Of a stretch of DNA of 64,000 bases, positions 55,661-64,000 are shown in pieces (the stretch's first letter is position 1; each line of letters opens with the position of its first letter). This DNA comes from Mytilus edulis. Taxonomy: Eukaryota. Made by a program: the position numbers and the translations under genes. The DNA lies in NCBI RefSeq assembly GCF_963676685.1, contig NC_092352.1, forward strand, positions 17,050,001 through 17,114,000. The letters run 5' to 3'. The notes under the pieces are model-generated. The model searched no databases. It had not been told where the DNA came from and saw nothing but the letters and a program-made list of their open reading frames with translations.

Positions 55661-57256
55661 CAAGGCCGTAACTAGGCATCTTATTTTAGTGAGGCAAAAT
55701 AATTGAGCCGAGCGAAGCGAGGCGAAATTTGTTTTTGGAGGGTATGAAATGAATGGTGCAAAATCCTGCATTCTAGGCATTTTTAAAGAGTTTGATAATG
55801 TTTTGAATTTGGACACTTTTTATATAAATTTTTCATATTTTAAGACTTTTACTTTCACCAAATTTTTAACAACTTTATTTAATTTATATGTAAGATAATC
55901 ATCCAGATATCACTGATTTGAGTTTGCTGCCAGAACATAGAACAAACATCGATTCAGTCAGAGTTTGCCAAATTTTTCTATGGCCGGTTCAGTCAAATAG
56001 TTTCAGATTCATAGTTTGGTCTGCTGATATCCTTATCGCGATGAAGGGAGCATGTCAAGACCGCACAATCTCTCGCCACTCATGCATGCTCTTTTCCAAG
56101 TCTTCAGTCGTTTCAGGGCAGTCTGTGTTTCTTAAGGTAACACACTACCATCACCATCATCAACACAATGATCAATGTCTTCTTCCAATTCCTTCTCCAT
56201 CAGCAATTCGGTAGCAGCATCGGTAGTAAAAGTTTTGTTTGCAAAAGGGAATTAAGTTTTCCTGTAAGCACCACCATACAGTCGCAGTTACAAAATATTA
56301 AACTCGCTTTTACGCTGACAAAGAGTAGACAAACTAGGGATATAATGAGATAAGATATATGTATATCATTCTATCTAGAGTAAGTATATATGATATGGGT
56401 ACAGGGGAATTAGAATGGAGTTTTTGACGTTTACATGTAGGTCCGTAATTTCAAATTATTTCTGGAAATAGTTGGTGGTATTTTAGTTCCAGAATCTATA
56501 AATTTAGGGTTAGGGGTTGGGGTGTTCGATTCCGAAACCCCGAATATAAAGAAACGAAATTCCGTAGTCCCGAATAAGTAAAGACAAAATCATGTGTTAA
56601 AGGTTCTACCATTCCTCAATAAAATTGGAATATGGGATATTCTTTCAATTTTTAAGGTTAAAGAAACGTGGATAAAAACTAATCCATGCATGTTTCATAT
56701 TATCTAATTTTATTTATCTGTAAAGAGAAAGATTAAGGTTCATGAAATGAATACGCAGACAGGACTGCCCCCTTGCGATGCCCAGTACTTGATTTGTCAA
56801 AAGTTGGTGAAACGGAGAAATGAATACGCAGACAGGACTGCCCCCTTCCGAACACCAGTACTTGATTTGTCAGTCACTTATCGTTTTTGGATTGTTCTAA
56901 TGAAGTTATATGCAATACTCAGACTTTGTTCACAAAAAAAACTAGTTTACTAGAATATTCCTTCTTTACCTTCAGTGTCACTTTTCCTTTTTCTGCAAGA
57001 GCCTGTTTTTAACTAGAGATCCATGATGATTATCGTTACTAGGATAATGTAATCGAGAAACATCACTCGTTGAGATGCTGAGTTATATCCAGGAAGAATA
57101 GTTTAATAGGAGTGATGACAAGTTATAGAGATTAAGGTTGAGGCAGACCAACAAACGATTATTATATTTATATATTATATATGTTTTAAAAAAAATCAGT
57201 GTCGAAATTTTAGTGAGGCAATTGCCTCACTTGCCTCAAGGGTAGTTACGGCCTTG
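55661..57256. mobile_element. 1.6-kb non-autonomous DNA transposon with 5-bp target duplication (hAT5-like)
   Basis: Perfect 14-bp TIR CAAGGCCGTAACTA / TAGTTACGGCCTTG flanked by CAGTT on both sides. Subterminal TGAGGCAA motifs include the palindrome agtgaggcaattgcctcact (57212-57231). Confidence 0.93.
56743..56872 (-). pseudogene. Duplicated LINE RT remnant inside the DNA transposon
   Basis: A ~55-bp direct repeat. The minus strand reads STGVRKGAVLSAYSF, resembling the GVRQGxxLSPxLF RT motif. Confidence 0.5.
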
Positions 57257-60200
57257 CAGTTGAATGCATATTAAACAAGATAAATGAGAATTAAAATCTA
57301 GAGATGTTTATAACAGGCGTTTCTCATCGGAGGTATAAAACTTATAAGGAAAATGTTGGGCAGTGATTTGTTGGCCATGTAGTCTCCAATATCCGTGTAG
57401 GAACTGGGTGACAAGTCTATTTAGATGTCATATACAGACCTACATGTATAAAGACGCCATCGTTTGTTGTATTGATGTCAATTATACGATAACAAATTAA
57501 TATAAATATCATGAACATATTTTACAGGTGAAGTTCTAATCACTGCTACCACAAAGTATTCAGTATGTATATTTGGTTTGATAGCTTTGGTATGACAATT
57601 CTGATGTTTTAACCATATTCTTCATGAGTTTTACCAAACCTTTAGCTTTCCCTTAGTTTTGCTTTACTAAATGAATGTCACTTAGATACTTATCCTACTT
57701 CTGTGACTGATTTTGTAAATATATTTCTATTAAACAGGAAAGATATTTTTTTCTTAATAATCAGCAAAAAGCAGCAAACAAAATTTTAATTAATAATGTT
57801 ATTAAAAAATCGTCCGAATTGCACAATTTCAAACAAAGTGATGTTAGATTAGTTTTGGTTAATATTTTTTATGATGATTGATGAACCTTGTTCATTAGAA
57901 GCAGCTGTATCAATTAAAACGTATGTTTTCTAGCAGTTACGTAAACAAACAAATCGTCAGTTAATCTTTTGATAAAGGGTTTAGTTCTGATGATGAAGAT
58001 GAACGACGAAATCAAATCACATTTTGCCAAGAGATACTGAAAATACATAAAAGAATCTTTATCTGTTCATTTCAAGTCTCATTGCAAAACTTTTGAACAG
58101 TGTTTAAAACATTGATGCAATGAAGGTCAAAATTGTTCAAGATGATGTTTTATGTCATATTTTTAACTTCAAACCAAATATACATTGATGATATGACTTT
58201 AAACATGAAATAAATTACATGTTTCTCACTCCCGTATACAAATACTAAACAATAACGAACTCATCGCTCCTGTTTTCTAATATGTCGCGTGGGAGCCAAT
58301 CCCACGTGCGACATATCAATAAAGGATGGCAAGTGATTATAATCAGACTGGTTGTTTTGTTCATTATTAATTTTTAATTCCTGGCCTTACTTGAATGGTT
58401 ACCACAATGATTTGACTGTTTGAATCAATATAAAAACTAACTTTTCATATTGAAATTTCACAAATCTATGTAAGTGTCACCACAACCAATCGAAATCCGT
58501 TGTTACATTGCTACCAAAAATATCATCAGCTAACTGCGTTACTTTATTTGCGTCAGTCTAAAACTTTATTGTTGTTACATTAACAAATCAGAAAAAGTTG
58601 TGTATGGTGAACAATTATTAATTGTACATAGCGAATAAACTGTTTTTCAACACCCAAGCGTTTTCGGTATCTCGAAAGTTGGGACCACAAACGAAATTTT
58701 CTCTCACTTGTCATGTATTAAAGAGGAACTCTTAATGCAACTTTTTTATTTTATCAAAAGGATATTTCATTTTTTTCCCAAAAAATCGCAAAGGGTTTCG
58801 CGAAACCATGTCTCGCATGCGATTGTCACCGTCAGTGTAAAAGTGTAATTTGTATTGCCAAAAGTTAAATACATATACACGACCGCTTATCAGAAAAATA
58901 TTGAAAAATAAAATATGTATTTTTGAAAAATTGGATTCAGACATTACTAGTACATGTATATCTTTCGTAAAAATTTCAACAAGGGCTTCTGCCAAAGTTT
59001 AATAAAAAATAGGATTCTTAAAGTTATGGATGTCTAAAAAAAAATTTCGGAACTTTGGGTGCTCAATTCACTTTTACTTTTTATTTTGCCTTTTTAACTT
59101 TTTTTATTCGGCATAAGAGTAAGGGAAAATATTTTCCAATTTTGCTGTGACTACTGTGTTAATATCCTAATAAAGCTTTTGTCCAGGTTTTATAAAATTC
59201 TATGAAGGTAATTGATGTCTAATAATACTTCAACCACAAACTACAATTTAAAGACTCCGACGACAGAATGTAGGACCTGATCAAGATATTGATTACTGCA
59301 AGTTTTACCATGAAAATCTTATCGCCAAATAAGCATTTTGAAATAATGGATATGTTAAGTTTAGAAGTGCATTACTTAGCCTCTGATATTCAAATTTCAT
59401 TTAATTTACCAACCTTCAAACATTACCTTTTTTAATTGAACAAGCATACTTAGCAGGTATGCTTACATATACAGGCAAACGTTGCCATAATGATGACACT
59501 GGTCAGATAATAATAATAATCAATTTCTGGACATTTATTGTTGAACATTTTTTTTAAATTATTTTATGCTGAAACTGTTTTCTTATAGAACACACATTTT
59601 ATTCAGTTCTATCAACAGTTTGTTTTCACAATAATGTCAATAACTTGTATTGATTTGCGGAAACGTTATCTCTTATTTTTCATATGCTTCCTTTGATTGT
59701 AACCAGAAACTCTTAATAATTACTAAATTGCGTATAAATTTTGATAAATGCTGTATTTTGTGGAATTAAGATGAGAAAACCAATCATTTTGAACACTTTC
59801 TATTTTAAGTAGGCTTTCAAACAAACCTTAAGGGTATGTGATATATAACCGTATGTAGATGATATTGTTGATAATAGTATATAAATTGGGATTTTGTTGG
59901 CAGTATTTGGCGGCACTATCTAAATTATCCTTAAATCATCAAGTTGTTTTTGTTTTCATTTTACCATATACAACGGTGTATCAGAAATAACTATCATGTT
60001 ATATTGGCCGATCCACTCAATCAAATGAAAAGTTTTTGCTTTAAGCATTTCCATATCTATAATCCTGACGACAGTTATAATTAAAAAATCAAAAGATTTG
60101 TACTAAAGATACATCTAAATGGACAAAATAAAAACACTGAATGTCCCTCTGGGCCGAAGTGTCCATAAAACGTAAAGATCATTTAAACTGGATATTGATT

Positions 60201-60676
60201 TGGTTATTTGCAATGAAAGGAACGGTCTATAGATTGTGTATTTTTCAATAAAACATGAAAACACTTTAGGTTCTGTAACCATAAGGGCATCATCCGTCAT
60301 TGAATGCTAAAGATATGATGAATTTGTTTGGTTTCTTTGTGCAACACCAACTGCAACAATCGAGACATTTGTTTGTTTCATATCTATAGAATACTGAGGA
60401 CAGTTAACATAATAGTATATCAAAAGAAAATTCAGTGATTGCATAACTGCATAACATTTTACCAAAATAAAATATATTTAGATTGGGGATAATGTCATGG
60501 TATGTATCCATTTTATTTATAGTTGGAGTAAGACAACTACTTGCAATGCTCAATTCTAAATTTCGAACATATATATATGACTTGAGAGTTATTTCATAAA
60601 AGAATTAAAATATTCGTATAGACCATGCTAAATATAACTAAAGTTTCTTCAGGTGAAAAGTTACTGTATAAAGTCG

Positions 60677-62562
60677 TTTTTAGCTCACCTGGCCTAAAAG
60701 GCCATGTGAGCTTTTCTCATCACTTGGCGTCCGTCGTCGTCGTCGTCGTCGTCGTTAACAATTTTTCAAACATCTTCTCCTCTGAAACTACTGAATGGAT
60801 TTGAATGAAACTTAACATGATTGTTCCTTAGTATATCCTGCACCAAATGTGCGCTTCGATTTTTGATCCGTCAAAAAACATGGCCGCCGTTACTTAAAAT
60901 AGAACATAGGGGTCAAATGCAGTTTTTGGCTTATATCTCAAAAACGAAAGCATTTAGAGCAAATCTGACATGGGGTAAAAATGTTCATTAGGTCAAGATC
61001 TATCAGCCCTGAAATTTTCAGATGAATCAAACAAACCATTGTTGGGTTGCTGCCACTTAATTGGTAATTTTAAGGAAATTTTGCAGTTTTTGGTCATTAT
61101 CTTGAATATTATTATAGATAAAGATAAACTGTAAACAGCAAAAAAGATCAGCAAAGTAAAATCTACAAATAAGTTAATATGACCAAAATTGTCAATTGAC
61201 CCCTTAAGGGGTTATTGTCCTTTAATGACAATTTTTCACAATTTGTTCATCATATTTGCTAACTTTAAAAAATCTTCTCCTCTGAAACTACTGAATGGAT
61301 TTGGTTAAAACTTAGCATGATTGTTCCTTAGTTTATCCTGCACAAAGTGTGTGCTTTGATTTTTGATCCGTCAAAAAACATGGCCGCCGTTACTTAAAAT
61401 AGAACATAGGGGTCAAATGCAGTTTTTGGCTTATATCTCAAAAACGAAAGCATTTAGAGCAAATCTGACACGGAGTAAAAATGTTCATTAGGTCAAGATC
61501 TATCAGCCCTGAAATTTTCAGATGAATCAAACAAACCATTGTTGGGTTGCTGCCACTTAATTGGTAATTTTAAGGAAATTTTGCAGTTTTTGGTCATTAT
61601 CTTGAATATTATTATAGATAAAGATAAACTGTAAACAGCAAAAAAGATCAGCAAAGTAAGATCTACAAATAAGTTAATATGACCAAAATTGTCAATTGAC
61701 CCCTTAAGGGGTTATTGTCCTTTAATGACAATTTTTCACAATTTGTTCATCATATTTGCTAACTTTAAAAAATCTTCTCCTCTGAAACTACTGAATGGAT
61801 TTGGTTAAAACTTAGCATGGTTGTTCCTTAGATTATCCTGCACAAAGTGTGTGCTTTGATTTTTTGATCCGTCAAAAAACATGGCCGCCGTTACTTAAAA
61901 TAGAACATAGGGGTCAAATGCAGTTTTTGGCTTATATCTCAAAAACGAAAGCATTAAGAGCAAATCTGACATGGAGTAAAAATGTTCATTAGGTCAATAT
62001 CTATCAGCCCTGAAATTTTTCAGATGAATCAAACAAACCATTGTTGGGTTGCTGCCACTTAATTGGTAATTTTAAGGAAATTTTGCAGTTTTTGGTCATT
62101 ATCTTGAATATTATTATAGATAAAGATAAACTGTAAACAGCAAATATGATCAGCAAAGTAAGATCTACAAATAAGTCAATTTGACCAAAATTGTCAATTG
62201 ACCTCTTTAGGAGTTATTGCCCTTTAAAGACTTTTTTCACAATTTGTTCATCATGTTGACTTACTTTAAAAAATCTTCTCTTATGAAACTGCTGTATCAA
62301 TTTCAGCCAAACTTAGGCTAAATGAGTTTCAGAGTTTCAGAGTATCTAGTATAAATTTTATATTTCATTTCCTTGTATGTCAAGAAACATAGCTCCTATG
62401 GCTAAAATAGAACATAGGAGAAAATGATTTTTTTTTGCTTTTGAAGAAAATAGGACGATTCAAAGAACATTTAAATAAATTGAAAAGCCAAAATAATCAT
62501 TGATGAGAGATTAAACCAAAAAAATTCAGGTGAGCGATTCAGGCTCTTGAGAGCCTCTTGTT
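60677..62562 (+). mobile_element. Complete, young Helentron-associated (HINE/pearl-like) element with 3+ tandem 500-bp units
   Basis: 5' tttttagctcacctg with inverted partner caggtgagc at the 3' end. Also a 5' palindrome, a (GTC)n microsatellite, the 3' hairpin aggctcttgagagcct, and near-identical units starting at ~60771, 61271, 61771 and 62272. Confidence 0.95.
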
Positions 62563-62571
62563 GTTTCTTAC

Positions 62572-62655
62572 CTTGATTTGATTCTTCCTAATCAAATTTC
62601 GAAATTTGAACATTAGTTAACTACTGCCGCCTTATTTAAAGACACAATAGTTATA
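62572..62655 (-). other. Candidate exon (YNYCVFK-stop in phase 0, then non-coding)
   Basis: cctttag acceptor and AAG|GTAAGA donor. All three frames contain a stop. Confidence 0.3.
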
Positions 62656-63256
62656 CTAAAGGTTTGTTGGTATATGAATGATATGAATAACTAGGAAAAG
62701 GTTATGCATAATTGTTTAGCAGTAATTTAGAAAGGCTAATAAGGTATCTTGATATGTATAATGATAGAATGCTGTTTGCTTAATGCTCAGTGCAAAACGT
62801 CCTTAACATGTAGTTATAAAGTTAACAAAGTTGATAATTCTTTAATATTCAAGATTTAAAAAAAATGCCAATGTAAACTTTAACGAAATAAATATGGTAA
62901 AATGATTATTGATATCAAGTGTGTTTGTAGTCAATAAGACGAACATATGGCAATAAATACAACTATAACAATCAAAAATATAACATTTACTGAAATAATC
63001 AGCACGACAATAAACTATACAATAAAGTTCCATAAAAGATATCTGGTGTTTTGTCATCATATCACATAAAACATATATCACAGTAAGTGTACATTATTAT
63101 AGAAATAAAAAATTCATAAAATTACACAATGATTTGTACTTTTCATACAATAAAATACTTGAAGTAAAACAGTTTTATTTTGTCATTTGACACGATCATA
63201 CAAGTATAGCTGTGGACGGTTTCTAACTTAAATCTTTGTCTTCTGATGTTACTCAC

Positions 63257-63387
63257 ACACCCAAAAGGAATTGGTGTTTGACAGAACTTCCCACGTGACT
63301 TGACATATCCATTTGAGGTGCTATCGGATTTGATAAGGTGGCATTGAACGTTCCTTTCAATACAGTGTCCTGGACCATTGGCGAAAA
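63257..63387 (-). CDS. Candidate 131-nt internal exon; Cys-rich frame xFANGPGHCIERNVQCHLIKSDSTSNGYVKSRGKFCQTPIPFGC
   Basis: aatttcag acceptor, GTGAGT donor and locally higher GC. Two frames are open, so the frame is uncertain. No family recognised. Confidence 0.45.
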
Positions 63388-64000
63388 CTGAAATTATATT
63401 AAGTAAATAATTATAGAATAAGTTAAAGATGCAAAGAATAGAAAACTGCTTTCACTGACAAATTTATTTTTATTCCCTATATATGAAAGTTTTGTTGGGA
63501 AATATTTGTTAAATATAAATAAAGAACAAAAGTATGACGAGCCCGTGGGTACAGTAAAAACAAAGGAAAGAAAGACAGCAGTTAAGACCAAAAAAGACAG
63601 CCAACGATCAACAAACCACCACACATACAATAAAATATTCAGCAAAATTAACCTAATCGAAACCGATTAATTAAGTCAGTATGTCTAATTGAAGAAAGAC
63701 TGACACCAAAGAAGCTTTTAAACTGATTTCAATAACTAGTAATAAAAGTCTAAGGCAAAACTATTTACCAAGAAAGTTCAAAGTAAAGAACACAATAATG
63801 ATATTAAACATAAAGAAAATAACGGGAATCATCAAAACTCTAGACAGTACACCTGATGACTTTGTTCACCAACACCCGACTCGGACGAAAAATGACAAGA
63901 CAAATACAAACAACAACAAAAAACACGGTGGAGAAGAAGGAATGAAAAGTTTCAACAGTGATACTGGAAAGTTAAGTTGCAAACCATACATTATCATAAA

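Noticed and set aside
59050-59112. Sequence resembling the flank of a mussel hammerhead-containing repeat
   Set aside because: The resemblance is from memory only, and the CTGATGA...GAAA catalytic core is absent.
63853-63890. CTGATGA...GAAA hammerhead-like boxes
   Set aside because: Stem II cannot close (C opposite C) and the flanks do not form stems I or III.
63869-63963. Hydrophobic minus-strand reading (…PPCFLLLFVFVLSFFVRVGCW) as signal-peptide exon for the Cys-rich candidate
   Set aside because: It has an acceptor but no ATG and no phase-1 donor compatible with the Cys-rich frame. The hydrophobicity reflects T-richness.

Overview
AT-rich eukaryotic genomic DNA. The interspersed repeats resemble those I recall from bivalves, especially Mytilus-type mussels (inference, not a database result). 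There is no complete host gene and no prokaryotic feature, and almost all ORFs in the supplied track look like noise. The window has two very different halves. (1) Bases 1-27.9 kb are best read as the 5' end of a minus-strand gene. It has a GC-box/CCAAT promoter (27791-27891), a leader with several uORFs, and a 73-nt first coding exon for a signal peptide (MTRITMFTLSGLILVTVVHCVIGT, 27393-27321) ending in a phase-1 G|GTAAG donor. An apparent >27 kb intron follows, CpG-depleted and nearly transposon-free. (2) Bases 28-64 kb are a dense patchwork of mobile DNA. It includes Helentron-associated elements with 500-bp internal tandem arrays, MITEs with TA, TAA and 5-bp target duplications, tRNA-derived SINEs, a Penelope-like RT fragment nested in a MITE, and a decayed RLE-type (Hero-like) LINE. 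The most unusual signals are a set of 24-40 bp palindromes sharing CAWRGA ends (one with a perfect 6-bp target duplication), a duplicated ~100-nt hairpin module with a compensatory base-pair change, and candidate short Cys-rich exons at 60-63.4 kb. I cannot demonstrate a new biological system from sequence alone.
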